Assembly: GCA_016185525.1 (NCBI GenBank)
Contig: JACPNK010000002.1
Location: 11,616 to 75,615 of the forward strand
Source of the DNA: Candidatus Yanofskybacteria bacterium
GTDB lineage: Bacteria > Patescibacteriota > Minisyncoccia > 2-02-FULL-40-12 > IGHO2-12-FULL-4
Direction of reading: 5' to 3'
Length of the DNA stretch: 64,000 nt
The translations under genes were made by a program, and so were the position numbers. Below the pieces are notes generated by a model. The model ran no database searches. It had not been told where the DNA came from and saw only the letters and a list, made by a program, of their open reading frames with translations. Shown here piece after piece: positions 1-9,187 of this stretch. Position 1 is the stretch's first letter; the number at the start of each line of letters is the position of its first letter.

Positions 1-10
1 CGATGAAAAT

Positions 11-370
11 GTGGGGCGATTACCGCTGGAAACCCAAAAAAGGCTTATCGGAAAGACGGGGTTTGTCAAGACGAAGATGCGGTTGAACATCCAACGTCTT
101 GGAGCTTACAGCATTTTCAGATTGACCGACATTTCCGGCAACCAATTTGTTTTTGAGGTCGATGATTGCCCTGGTTATGCATTTGTGATTTTTATCCCAC
201 AAATGAGGGAAAGTTTTGAAGATGCGACTTATTTTGGGAGCTGTTATGTTGGCGATCCTTACATTGAGCTTGACGAGAACTTGTATTTTACCGGCATTAA
301 AGGAATTAACGTGGTGAGGGGTATCCAAGATATAGAAGTTTTAGAAGAGCACATCCGCTTGCTTTCTTGA
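11..370 (+). CDS. hypothetical protein (start uncertain at window edge)
   Basis: 119-aa ORF whose stop overlaps the next gene; no recognisable motif. Confidence 0.55.
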   Translation: MGRLPLETQKRLIGKTGFVKTKMRLNIQRLGAYSIFRLTDISGNQFVFEVDDCPGYAFVIFIPQMRESFEDATYFGSCYVGDPYIELDENLYFTGIKGINVVRGIQDIEVLEEHIRLLS

Positions 371-1062
371 AAGATTATTCTACAATGGGTTTTATGACAA
401 AACCCATTTTTATTTTTCTAATTATCGCGGTCATTTTGTTGGCTGGTATTTTTTTGTTTAAAGGCAGGAAAAATGGCTCTGAAGGTGTGCTAGTAACTCC
501 GCCTCCTGAGGACAGTCCTCAGGAGGCGGAGTTACCGGATAGAATTCTGGCCGTAATTGAAACGGTCCGCGGCAATATAGAACTGGAGCTTTACCCAAAA
601 GTTGCTCCTAAGACGGTTCTCAATTTTATTAGCTTGGCGCAAAAAGATTTTTATGACGGCACAAAATTTCACAGAGTCGTGTCGGGATTTGTAATTCAGG
701 GGGGAGACCCGTTGTCCAAGACGGACGATCCGGCGGTTGGGACGGGCGGACCGGGCTATGCTTTTGAAGATGAAATCAATCCAAAATCTTTGAGTGTGTC
801 CGAGGCGGTGATAAAACAGCTTGAGGCGGCCGGATATAAGTATGATTATAACTTAAAATCTTTGCCCAATTCTGTGGGCGCGATCTCAATGGCCAATGCC
901 GGTCCCAACACTAATGGTAGCCAATTCTTTATCATAACAGAACAGGATCAGCCCTCGCTTAATGGCAAGCACACTGTTTTTGGTAAAGTTGTAAAAGGTA
1001 TGGATGTGGTTAGGGCGATAAAGCAGGGAGATATTATTAAAAAGATTGAAGTTAAGATTTAA
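367..1062 (+). CDS. cyclophilin-type peptidyl-prolyl cis-trans isomerase with N-terminal membrane anchor
   Basis: [29 protein letters not shown] and HTVFG motifs; hydrophobic N-terminus; true start may be ATG 385 or 394. Confidence 0.95.
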   Translation: MKDYSTMGFMTKPIFIFLIIAVILLAGIFLFKGRKNGSEGVLVTPPPEDSPQEAELPDRILAVIETVRGNIELELYPKVAPKTVLNFISLAQKDFYDGTKFHRVVSGFVIQGGDPLSKTDDPAVGTGGPGYAFEDEINPKSLSVSEAVIKQLEAAGYKYDYNLKSLPNSVGAISMANAGPNTNGSQFFIITEQDQPSLNGKHTVFGKVVKGMDVVRAIKQGDIIKKIEVKI

Positions 1063-1093
1063 GGTATTTAACAAGATAATTCTTGGAAACAAA

Positions 1094-1119
1094 AACCCTA
1101 CACCATACGGTGTAGGGTT
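1094..1119 (-). terminator. intrinsic terminator between convergent genes
   Basis: AACCCTACACC-atac-GGTGTAGGGTT hairpin followed by a T-run on the minus strand. Confidence 0.7.
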
Positions 1120-1741
1120 ACTTTAAGCTTCCGAATTCGTCGGCGTCGTGATGAGGCAGAAGTTCCGAAAGATTGTATTCTCCTGATAAAATATGAAAGA
1201 TTTCGTGGCGCAGAGTATTCTCTTCTTCCAGAATATCGTATTTGCCGTTCTTTTCAGTTTCAATTCTTATAAATATTTTTCTTAAAAATATTTGAGCAAA
1301 AGCTTCAGACTGAGACCCTTGGCGGATAAGGTTGAAAGTTTTATATATTTCAGGGCGGACGAAAATAATTCTTATTCGCTTTCTTTGTTTTTTGCCCGGT
1401 TTTTCCAGTTTGTGTTTTTGAGCAATAAAGTTTTCAAAGTCATCGCAAGCTTTCTTTAAGACGGAGGACAGGGAATCTTTGTTTATTATCTTAATAGGCT
1501 TGCCGTCAAAACTATCGCTGTAAAAACAAATACTGTTTCCGTTTACCGTTTTTTCCAAAATAAACTTTTTAGTCAGGTTCAAGTATAAAAAACTTGTTTC
1601 GTAGTTGAGCCGTAAGATTATTTGGGGTTCATTGACCAAAAGGTATGCATATAGACAAATAATAGATGAAAGGGTTAGTAAAATAGTAATTAAAATCAAA
1701 ACGGCCGTTCTGCGCCAACCAGGTTCGGGTAGCAACTTCAT
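1118..1741 (-). CDS. membrane-anchored hypothetical protein with HExxH motif (putative zinc metallopeptidase)
   Basis: N-terminal TM helix; LRHEIFHIL near the C-terminus. Confidence 0.6.
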   Translation of the reverse strand: MKLLPEPGWRRTAVLILITILLTLSSIICLYAYLLVNEPQIILRLNYETSFLYLNLTKKFILEKTVNGNSICFYSDSFDGKPIKIINKDSLSSVLKKACDDFENFIAQKHKLEKPGKKQRKRIRIIFVRPEIYKTFNLIRQGSQSEAFAQIFLRKIFIRIETEKNGKYDILEEENTLRHEIFHILSGEYNLSELLPHHDADEFGSLK

Positions 1742-1899
1742 TCGTTCTCTCTCTTTTTTTAAAGACCAATAAAGCTTTATTGCTTATATAATATATCAAA
1801 AAGAGTATCAATACTATTTTTTGCAGGGCACAACTTGACAGAAGTCTGCTTAAGTTTAAGGTGTCAGTAGTTTCTTTAAATTAAATTTGAAGGAAGAAC

Positions 1900-2757
1900 A
1901 TGACTCTTAGAAATGTTCTGGGCACTTTGATTTTTTTAACGCTCGTTTTGGCTTGGGGGGTTACTAAAAATTGTGGACAAAAAAACAGTCCGCAACCTGA
2001 ATCTCAAGTGCGAGCTCGGGGTGATGCCAAAAAAGTAAAAGTCGTTGCAGAACCTGTGAAAGCGGAAAAACCACTAGAAGCGGCGATGGGGGCAGAAGAG
2101 GGGTCTGTCTTACAGCGCCTTGGCTACGAAAAAAAACTCAAGGAAGTTTTGGATAAAGTCCAGTTTGTTGTTTCGGTGAAGGTTGGAAAATCTTTTGTTT
2201 GCACGGGATTTTTTATTGATGAGCGGGGATATATTTTAACCGCTAGGCATTGCATGAGTGACTTAAACTCGGGTCTCAGGCTGTCTTTTGTCTTTACGGA
2301 TGGTAAGGAGCATCCTATGCGTTTTGTAGAGGAGATTCAAACCCTAGACATGATTTTATTTGCTTCGGACAAAGCTGTGGAATTTCAAGTGGCGGAGCTT
2401 GCTAATCCGCCGGAAGCTACCGGGCTTGATAAGTCTAGAAAAGAAAAAGAAGATAATTTAGAGAAAAAAATGGTGGTCATACCTTGTCGTGTCAAAAATG
2501 ACGGCTCTGCCAGAGCAATAAGAACATACTTAGGCGAACTTTTGTCTAAAGAATCAGACAAAAGAGTTTCTTTGTTGCAACTCCAGCAGGATATGGCTGG
2601 ATGCAGTGGAGCCCCTATCATTGATGTGGAGGGGAAGGTAATTGCGATCTTACATTCACGTTCCGGAGAGTATGTTTACGGTATTCCGGTTGCCGGCCTA
2701 AGAGAAGCGGTCGCGGCGGTTATTAGCGAAGATCTGTCAAGGACTGGTAAAAAGTAG
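1900..2757 (+). CDS. trypsin-like (S1) serine protease, exported
   Basis: ILTARHC (His), LDMILF (Asp), GCSGAP (Ser); signal or anchor sequence. Confidence 0.85.
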   Translation: MTLRNVLGTLIFLTLVLAWGVTKNCGQKNSPQPESQVRARGDAKKVKVVAEPVKAEKPLEAAMGAEEGSVLQRLGYEKKLKEVLDKVQFVVSVKVGKSFVCTGFFIDERGYILTARHCMSDLNSGLRLSFVFTDGKEHPMRFVEEIQTLDMILFASDKAVEFQVAELANPPEATGLDKSRKEKEDNLEKKMVVIPCRVKNDGSARAIRTYLGELLSKESDKRVSLLQLQQDMAGCSGAPIIDVEGKVIAILHSRSGEYVYGIPVAGLREAVAAVISEDLSRTGKK

Positions 2758-2816
2758 CGAATTTTGCTACTTTTTTGTTTGCGTCAAGGAGTTGTTTGAT
2801 GTTACTATAAATAGTA

Positions 2817-4286
2817 ATGCAAAAAGAAAAAACAAAAATTACGCCACAGCATTTCTATAAATTTTTCCAGTGTCCGCATTGGATTTGGTACGATCTCTAT
2901 GAAGACCAGCAGAAGAAGAAAGCTACACCGCCTTTGATGCAGATGATTTACGAAGACGGTCTAAAACACGAGCGGGAAGTTATCAAGTCAAAAAAATTTG
3001 AGGAAGTTGATACGGCTATGTTTAAGGATTTGGATGAAGCTTTTTTGGCTACGGCGGAACTGATGAAAAAAGGAAAAAATATTTATCACGGCGTTTTGAT
3101 GGACGAACACTGGGTGGGAATTCCCGATCTTTTGGAGGTTCGGCCGTTAAGCGAATTGGGCGATAAAAAATTAAAGTCTCATTTTGGCGATTATTATTAT
3201 GTGGTTTATGACATTAAAAACAGCAAAGACATCAAAGATGAACATAAATTCCAACTGGTTTTTTACAGTCTGATGTTGGAAAGGATTCAGGGAATTAGGC
3301 CGCGCGAAGCTTATATAATTAACAGCCAAGGCGAAGAAAAGTCTTTTGTTATTGACGAGTTTTTAGACTACTTCCACCTTACTCTGGGAAACATTGAGAA
3401 GATTTTAGAGGGCGAAAAACCGCCGCCATTTTTGAAGAGCGGTTGCAAGCGGACACCTTGGTATAGTCTTTGTTTGTCGGAGACAGAAAGTTGCCGCGAC
3501 GTTTCTCTGATTTATCGTTTAAGCCAGATGGACCAGCGCCAGCTCTATGATATCGGGATTAAAACCATAGATGATTTTGCCCATGCTGATTTGGAGGTTT
3601 TGCGTAGCCAGCTGATTAGCTGGAATTTTGATAAGTTGGTGCGTTTCCATAACCAAGCCCAGTCGTTGGTTAAAAATGAGTCCCTGATCTTAAAAAAGCC
3701 GGTTTTTCCGGAAGTGGAGACGGAAATATATTTTGATATTGAAAGCGACCCCACGCAGGACATTGACTATATGCTTGGCCTTTTAATTAAGCGGAAAAAT
3801 ATTAATGGCGAGCCGGAGTTCAAGTATTTCTTGGCAAATAATAAGTCTGAAGAAGAAAAAATTTGGCGGGAGTTTACCAAGTTTATTGAAGATTTGGATA
3901 ATTTTGTGATTTATCACTATGCCTTTTATGAAAAACAAACCTTTGACCGTCTAGCTTTGAGATATGGCGTTAGCGACAAAGCTTCAGAAAAATTTAAAAA
4001 TAATTCTATTGACTTGCATCGGGTGGTGGTTGACTCCGTCGTCCTGCCTTTGTATTTTTACAGCCTGAAAGATGTGGCCAGATATGTCGGTTTTCAGTGG
4101 CAAGCTGAAGATGCCGGCGGAGCGGAGTCGGTGGTTTGGTACAACCAGTGGAAAGAGACCGGCGATAAAAAGATTCTCCAGAAAATTTTGGATTACAACA
4201 AAGACGATGTTGTGGCGACCATGGTTGTCAAAGAGTGGTTGGAAAAGCAGAAACCTAAAATGCAAAGAGAAATATTGCCGGAATAG
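2817..4286 (+). CDS. TM0106-family RecB-like nuclease with C-terminal RNase H-like domain
   Basis: GIPDLL..YDIK..QL..Y PD-(D/E)xK motif; IYFDIE, YHY..YE, YSLK and YNKDDV motifs. Confidence 0.85.
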   Translation: MQKEKTKITPQHFYKFFQCPHWIWYDLYEDQQKKKATPPLMQMIYEDGLKHEREVIKSKKFEEVDTAMFKDLDEAFLATAELMKKGKNIYHGVLMDEHWVGIPDLLEVRPLSELGDKKLKSHFGDYYYVVYDIKNSKDIKDEHKFQLVFYSLMLERIQGIRPREAYIINSQGEEKSFVIDEFLDYFHLTLGNIEKILEGEKPPPFLKSGCKRTPWYSLCLSETESCRDVSLIYRLSQMDQRQLYDIGIKTIDDFAHADLEVLRSQLISWNFDKLVRFHNQAQSLVKNESLILKKPVFPEVETEIYFDIESDPTQDIDYMLGLLIKRKNINGEPEFKYFLANNKSEEEKIWREFTKFIEDLDNFVIYHYAFYEKQTFDRLALRYGVSDKASEKFKNNSIDLHRVVVDSVVLPLYFYSLKDVARYVGFQWQAEDAGGAESVVWYNQWKETGDKKILQKILDYNKDDVVATMVVKEWLEKQKPKMQREILPE

Positions 4287-4382
4287 AGCTAAACGTACCA
4301 AAGAAGCGGTGTTCGCCAAGTTTAGCTGTCCACCTAAATTTTAAAAACAAATTTAAAAAACCCCGAAAGGGGTTCAGTATAA

Positions 4383-4673
4383 CTAGTCTCTGGTAGTGTG
4401 GCGTGGTTTTCTTGCTACGACAGCAGCTAGTTCCACATTAGCAGTCTTCAACTTTTTTTCAGTTTCATTAAGTTTTTCAAGAAGTTTTTGTATAAGTTGG
4501 GCTGCTTTTGACAAGACTCCGATTGTTTCTTGTGCATATTTCTGGAGTTCAGGCTTTGTGTTGTTTGTTATAGCCGACAGACTTTTTTGAGTAAGTGCCA
4601 TAACTTCTTGGAGTGCAACCATTAATTCTTTTTCAAATTCTAATTCTGCGTCTTTTGATGTTTGTAAAGACAT
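4383..4673 (-). CDS. small coiled-coil hypothetical protein
   Basis: 96 aa; AGGAGGAG SD upstream; CCCC-GAAA-GGGG terminator at 4355-4374. Confidence 0.7.
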   Translation of the reverse strand: MSLQTSKDAELEFEKELMVALQEVMALTQKSLSAITNNTKPELQKYAQETIGVLSKAAQLIQKLLEKLNETEKKLKTANVELAAVVARKPRHTTRD

Positions 4674-4765
4674 TTTCTCCTCCTTTTTTTAAAGAGCTCC
4701 AAGATAAGGGAGCTACAAGCTAATATACATAATAGGCTGGTTGTGTCAACAGGTGGGTAACCGTC

Positions 4766-4792
4766 AGTCATCAAGGTTGAACCTTGATGACT
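4766..4792. repeat. REP-like palindrome (AAGGTT-N-AACCTT core)
   Basis: AGTCATCAAGGTT-G-AACCTTGATGACT, 13-bp perfect arms. Confidence 0.8.
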
Positions 4793-4826
4793 AGGTCAAT
4801 TTAAAAAGCCCTTTTGGGGCTTTTGT

Positions 4827-5105
4827 TTAGACAAAGGACTGATCGTGTTCGGCCAAGTTTCGTTCAGCCAGAGCCAGCCTTTCTTTGAGTTCGACAGCTT
4901 CTTTTTCCAATTTTTCTTCCCGGTTCAGACTCGCGGACAGAAGCTGGTTATAAACGTCGCAAATTTCCACAAAAGACGAGACAAGTCTTAGAGTGTTAGG
5001 AGAGACAGATGTTTTTCTTTCCATTATTTCAAGAGCACCCTTTAAAAATGCGAGGTTTTTTCGGGCTTTTGCTAATTCCTCCAACGTCTTTTCTCTTTCC
5101 GTCAT
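4827..5105 (-). CDS. small coiled-coil hypothetical protein, paralog of 5301..5582
   Basis: Shares SL(N/D)REEKLEKE..ELKE.LA.AE..L with the neighbouring ORF; ATG 5105 preferred over the track start 5174. Confidence 0.75.
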   Translation of the reverse strand: MTEREKTLEELAKARKNLAFLKGALEIMERKTSVSPNTLRLVSSFVEICDVYNQLLSASLNREEKLEKEAVELKERLALAERNLAEHDQSFV

Positions 5106-5236
5106 TTTCTTTCCTAAAAAGATTGAGATTTCAAGAACTTGTCGTAGTTTACTATTTTTTATTTTTTGTGTCAAATTCTGAACCTGGACAATTCATTTGA
5201 CTTTATTCCATTTAATACAACCATCAAGGTCCAAAC

Positions 5237-5261
5237 ACCATCAAGGTTAAACCTTGATGGT
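5237..5261. repeat. REP-like palindrome (AAGGTT-N-AACCTT core)
   Basis: ACCATCAAGGTT-A-AACCTTGATGGT; an extra half-site lies at 5220-5230. Confidence 0.8.
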
Positions 5262-5300
5262 CGTTGACAGATTTTAAAAGCCCTTTTAGGGCTTTTGTTT

Positions 5301-5582
5301 TTAACTCCAACTTGGAGAACGACTCAAGTCTTGCTCAGCTTGGGCCAGCTTTTCTTTGAGTTCGGCTACTTCTTTCTCTAACTTTTCTTCCCGGTCGAGG
5401 CTTTCTGACCAGTATGTTGAAAGTAAATCATTTAAGTTTAAGAAAGCGTCGGTAATCGCAAGTATCTCTGGATGATTTCCTAACAAAGCTGGAATAGATA
5501 TTCTGGCATTGAGACTATGAATCTTAGATTTGCTTAATTCTTGTTTTGACTTTTCTCTCGGTGTAAGTTCTTTTTCTTTCAC
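5301..5582 (-). CDS. small coiled-coil hypothetical protein, paralog of 4827..5105
   Basis: Shared C-terminal coiled-coil; near-identical terminators at 5276-5296 and 4804-4824. Confidence 0.75.
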   Translation of the reverse strand: MKEKELTPREKSKQELSKSKIHSLNARISIPALLGNHPEILAITDAFLNLNDLLSTYWSESLDREEKLEKEVAELKEKLAQAEQDLSRSPSWS

Positions 5583-5691
5583 TATTCTTTCCTCTTTTCA
5601 ACCAACTAGAGTCATCTTATATTAATAAGTTTGTTTTGTCAAGGGGATAGAACACCCTTGATTTTTTAAAGATTGCTGTTACTGTTTCTTT

Positions 5692-7056
5692 ATGTCTCAA
5701 AGTTACGGGAAGAAATCTCTTATTATATTTCTTATTTCTCTTTTTCTCTTTTTTCTGGTCTATCCGGCCAGTTTTAATTTAAGCGCCGATTTTTTAAACT
5801 CAAAACTCAAGCTTGAAAAAGCCGGTTTCAGTATTCCCCACTTTTTCAATATCCCTTTTCGTCTCGGCTTGGATCTTCTGGGCGGTACCCATTTGGTTTA
5901 CAAGGCCGATGTTTCAAACTTGGTTGCCGGCCAAAGCTCCGCTGATGCAATGGAGGGAGTCAGAGATGTTATTGAAAGAAGGGTCAATATTTTTGGCGTG
6001 GCTGAACCGTTGGTTCAGGTTGAAGGAGAGGACAGACTGGTTGTAGAGTTGGCCGGAATCAAGGACATTTCAGAGGCAATTCGTTTGATAGGCGAGACTC
6101 CATTTTTGCAGTTTAAAGAAGAGCGTCCGGAGGCGGAGACGAACGCCATTTTAGAAGCTCAAAAAAAAGGCGATAAGCTGGATCAGGATCCTTACTTTAT
6201 TGATACTTCTTTAACCGGTAAATATCTTAACGGCGCCAGAGTTGTTTTTGGCGGAGGCGCAAGCCAGCTTTCGGGAGCGGAAGTTTCTTTGGAGCTGAAT
6301 GAAGAAGGCGGAAAGATTTTTAAAGAATTGACTGAAAAGAATTTAAATAAAAGATTGGCAATCTATTTGGACGGTGTGCCAATTAGCGCTCCGACCGTGC
6401 AATCTGTGATTCCTGACGGCAAAGCCGTTATCAGCGGCAATTTTAACATCAGTGAAGCCAAAGAACTAGTGACTCGTTTAAATGCCGGCGCTTTGCCGGT
6501 GCCGGTGTCTCTAATCTCACAGCAAAGCGTGGGCGCTTCTCTGGGCCGGGAATCTTTGGTCAAGAGCTTGAAAGCCGGAATTATAGGATTAATCTTGGTA
6601 GCTGTATTCATGGTTTTGTTTTACCGTTTGCCGGGTTTGGTTTCAGTCGCCGCCTTGCTGGTTTATGCGATTTTTGTTCTGACTTTCTACAAGTTGATAC
6701 CGGTTACTTTAACTTTGGCCGGTATTGCCGGTTTTATATTGTCTTTGGGTATGGCCGTTGACGCTAACGTTTTGATCTTTGCCCGAACGAGAGAGGAGTT
6801 AAGACAAGGAAAGTCTCTGAACTCTTCTTTCAGCGAGGGCTTTAGAAGGGCATGGCTTTCAATCAGGGATAGCCACGTAACTACGCTGATTGGCGCGATT
6901 ATTTTATATTTATTTACTACGTCTATAGTCAAGGGTTTTGCTTTGACTTTGGGTATTGGCGTGGCAATGAGTCTTTTTTCCGCAATCTTTGTGACGAAAT
7001 CTTTTTTGGCTCTTTTAATCGGTCCGTGGCTGGAAGGTAAAAAGTGGTTACTGTAA
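5692..7056 (+). CDS. secD: protein translocase subunit SecD
   Basis: LGLDLLGG, RVNIFGVAEP, GALPVP and GMAVDANVLI motifs. Confidence 0.97.
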   Translation: MSQSYGKKSLIIFLISLFLFFLVYPASFNLSADFLNSKLKLEKAGFSIPHFFNIPFRLGLDLLGGTHLVYKADVSNLVAGQSSADAMEGVRDVIERRVNIFGVAEPLVQVEGEDRLVVELAGIKDISEAIRLIGETPFLQFKEERPEAETNAILEAQKKGDKLDQDPYFIDTSLTGKYLNGARVVFGGGASQLSGAEVSLELNEEGGKIFKELTEKNLNKRLAIYLDGVPISAPTVQSVIPDGKAVISGNFNISEAKELVTRLNAGALPVPVSLISQQSVGASLGRESLVKSLKAGIIGLILVAVFMVLFYRLPGLVSVAALLVYAIFVLTFYKLIPVTLTLAGIAGFILSLGMAVDANVLIFARTREELRQGKSLNSSFSEGFRRAWLSIRDSHVTTLIGAIILYLFTTSIVKGFALTLGIGVAMSLFSAIFVTKSFLALLIGPWLEGKKWLL

Positions 7057-7062
7057 TTTTTT

Positions 7063-7947
7063 ATGAAACCTATTTATAAAATAATGTTTTTTGTTTCTAT
7101 ATCGCTGGTCGTTTTGGCTGTGGCGGCGACGGTGATTTTCGGTTTAAACTTTAGCGCCGATTTTAAAGGCGGGACTTTAATGGAAGTCCAATTTATCGGA
7201 CCCGAGGCGCCTGGCATTTCGGAGCTCCAGGACTTTGTGAAAAAAAGCCCCGAAACCAGTGACGCGGTGATAAGTCCTTCCGGCGCAGACTCTTTCATTT
7301 TTAGGCTGAAAGAAATTGACGAGGAAGTTCACCAAAAAATTGTAGAAAATCTCAAATTAAAATTCACAAACTTGGAGGAAAAAAGATTTGACTCTGTCGG
7401 CGCGGTGGTGGGCAAGGAACTTAAAAGCAGAAGCATTACGGCGATTGTTTTGGTTTTGATTTTTATCGTTCTTTATATTGCTTTTGTTTTCAGAAAACTT
7501 TACAGCACCCTTTCTTCTTTTACTATGGGCGTGGCTGCAATTGTTGCTCTTCTGCACGATGTATTAATTCCTATGGGGGTGTTCGCTTTGCTGGGTAAGT
7601 ACTATGGTGTTGAGATCACGGCCGTGTTTGTTGCTGCCGTTTTAACCATATTAGGCTATTCGGTTTCCGATACGGTGGTAGTTTTTGACAGAATCAGGGA
7701 GAATGTCATGCGTTTTGGAGGCAAGAGTAATTTTGGCCAGCTTGTTCACGATAGTATTTTGCAGACCCTGACTCGCTCTTTAAATACCACCGTTACGACG
7801 CTTTTGTCGCTTGTGGCCATTTATTTTTTTGGCGGCGAATCAATTAAATATTTTTCCCTGGCTTTGATAATAGGCATATTTTTAGGAGCATATTCTTCAA
7901 TTTTTGTTGCTTCGCCGATAGTGGTTTGGTGGTCAAAAAAAAGCTGA
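7063..7947 (+). CDS. secF: protein translocase subunit SecF
   Basis: DFKGGT, GYSVSDTVVVFDRIREN and YSSIFVASP motifs; follows secD. Confidence 0.97.
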   Translation: MKPIYKIMFFVSISLVVLAVAATVIFGLNFSADFKGGTLMEVQFIGPEAPGISELQDFVKKSPETSDAVISPSGADSFIFRLKEIDEEVHQKIVENLKLKFTNLEEKRFDSVGAVVGKELKSRSITAIVLVLIFIVLYIAFVFRKLYSTLSSFTMGVAAIVALLHDVLIPMGVFALLGKYYGVEITAVFVAAVLTILGYSVSDTVVVFDRIRENVMRFGGKSNFGQLVHDSILQTLTRSLNTTVTTLLSLVAIYFFGGESIKYFSLALIIGIFLGAYSSIFVASPIVVWWSKKS

Positions 7948-8039
7948 TTTGACAAGTTTTTGTTTGTTTGATAAGTTCTCCCTATTATTTGGGGTTGACT
8001 TATTTTTAATATATTATATTATTGTTTTAATACAAAAAT

Positions 8040-9092
8040 ATGACAAGTTTAGATAAAAACATTAAGAAGGTTGTGGTTAGTCTGGTCAAATCATTGTCTG
8101 AAAGAAATCGGGACATTGTTTTGCGCCGTTTCGGTCTAAAAACTGGCAGTCGCGAGACTCTGGAGTCAATCGGCCAAAGTTATGGCATCACGAGAGAAAG
8201 AGTGAGACAGATTGAGGAATATGCTTTAAAGAATCTGCGCACCGAATCCAGTGGTTCAATGGTTTCAGCAGTTAAGCCATATTTTGACTTTGTTAAAGAA
8301 TTGCTTGTCAATCACGGCGGATTCCTTTCGGAAAGCGATTTGTATAAAAAATTTAGCGGTCAAAACAAGGACAACGTGGCGAACTTGTCTTTTGCTTTTT
8401 TGCTTGCTTTAAATTCTGACTTTGCCAGGAACTACGAAAACGACAACTTCAATACCTTCTGGTCTCTAAATGACAGCTCATTAGACTCGGCGGCTAAACT
8501 CGTCGGATCGGTGGAGGCCGCTCTTAAGGAAAAAAATTCTTTGCTGACTAAAGACGAATTATATTCTTTATATAAAACTAAGACTAAAAGCAAACTAATT
8601 TCTATGGACGCGTTTCTAACGGCTGCGGCAGTATCTAAAAACATAGATAAAAATATTTTTGGTCAGTACGGTTTGGTCAGCTGGTCGGAAGTAAAGCCAA
8701 GGGGAGTTAGAGACCGTGCTTTTATGGTTTTGAAAAGAGAGGCGAAGCCTAAACATTTTAGGGAAATTACCAGTCTTATCAACACTGCCCAATTCGCTGT
8801 TAAAAAAGCCAACGTTCAGACTGTTCACAACGAACTCATCAAAGACAGTCGTTTTGTTTTGGTTGGCAGGGGCATTTATGGTTTGTCTGAATGGGGTTAT
8901 AAGTCTGGGACCGTTAAAGATGTTTTGGTTGATATCTTGAAAGAGTCAAAGAAGCCTTTGGATAAAAATACTTTAGTTGCCAAAGTTCTCTCTTCCCGTT
9001 ATGTCAAAGAAAATACCGTGGTGCTTAATCTCCAGGACTCAAAGATTTTTGCCAAAAAGCAAGATGGTACATACTCGCTTAAAGAAGCTTAA
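8040..9092 (+). CDS. sigma-70 region 4 domain protein with C-terminal winged-helix/HARE-HTH-like domain
   Basis: RRFGL..ETLESIGQSYGITRERVRQIE; C-terminal TVHNELI..RFVLVGRGIYGLSEWG; no region 2. Confidence 0.8.
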   Translation: MTSLDKNIKKVVVSLVKSLSERNRDIVLRRFGLKTGSRETLESIGQSYGITRERVRQIEEYALKNLRTESSGSMVSAVKPYFDFVKELLVNHGGFLSESDLYKKFSGQNKDNVANLSFAFLLALNSDFARNYENDNFNTFWSLNDSSLDSAAKLVGSVEAALKEKNSLLTKDELYSLYKTKTKSKLISMDAFLTAAAVSKNIDKNIFGQYGLVSWSEVKPRGVRDRAFMVLKREAKPKHFREITSLINTAQFAVKKANVQTVHNELIKDSRFVLVGRGIYGLSEWGYKSGTVKDVLVDILKESKKPLDKNTLVAKVLSSRYVKENTVVLNLQDSKIFAKKQDGTYSLKEA

Positions 9093-9096
9093 TAAA

Positions 9097-9137
9097 TAAA
9101 CAAAAACCCGTTCTTTAAAAGAACGGGTTTTTGTTTA
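9097..9137. terminator. bidirectional intrinsic terminator
   Basis: TAAACAAAAACCCGTTCTTT / AAAGAACGGGTTTTTGTTTA inverted repeat. Confidence 0.8.
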
Positions 9138-9187
9138 TAATAAATCTGTTATAATTGACTTAACTTAACATATCAATAATCTGAACC

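Noticed and set aside
4355-5642. Integron cassette array
   Set aside because: The palindromes lack RYYYAAC/GTTRRRY attC ends, and no integrase is present
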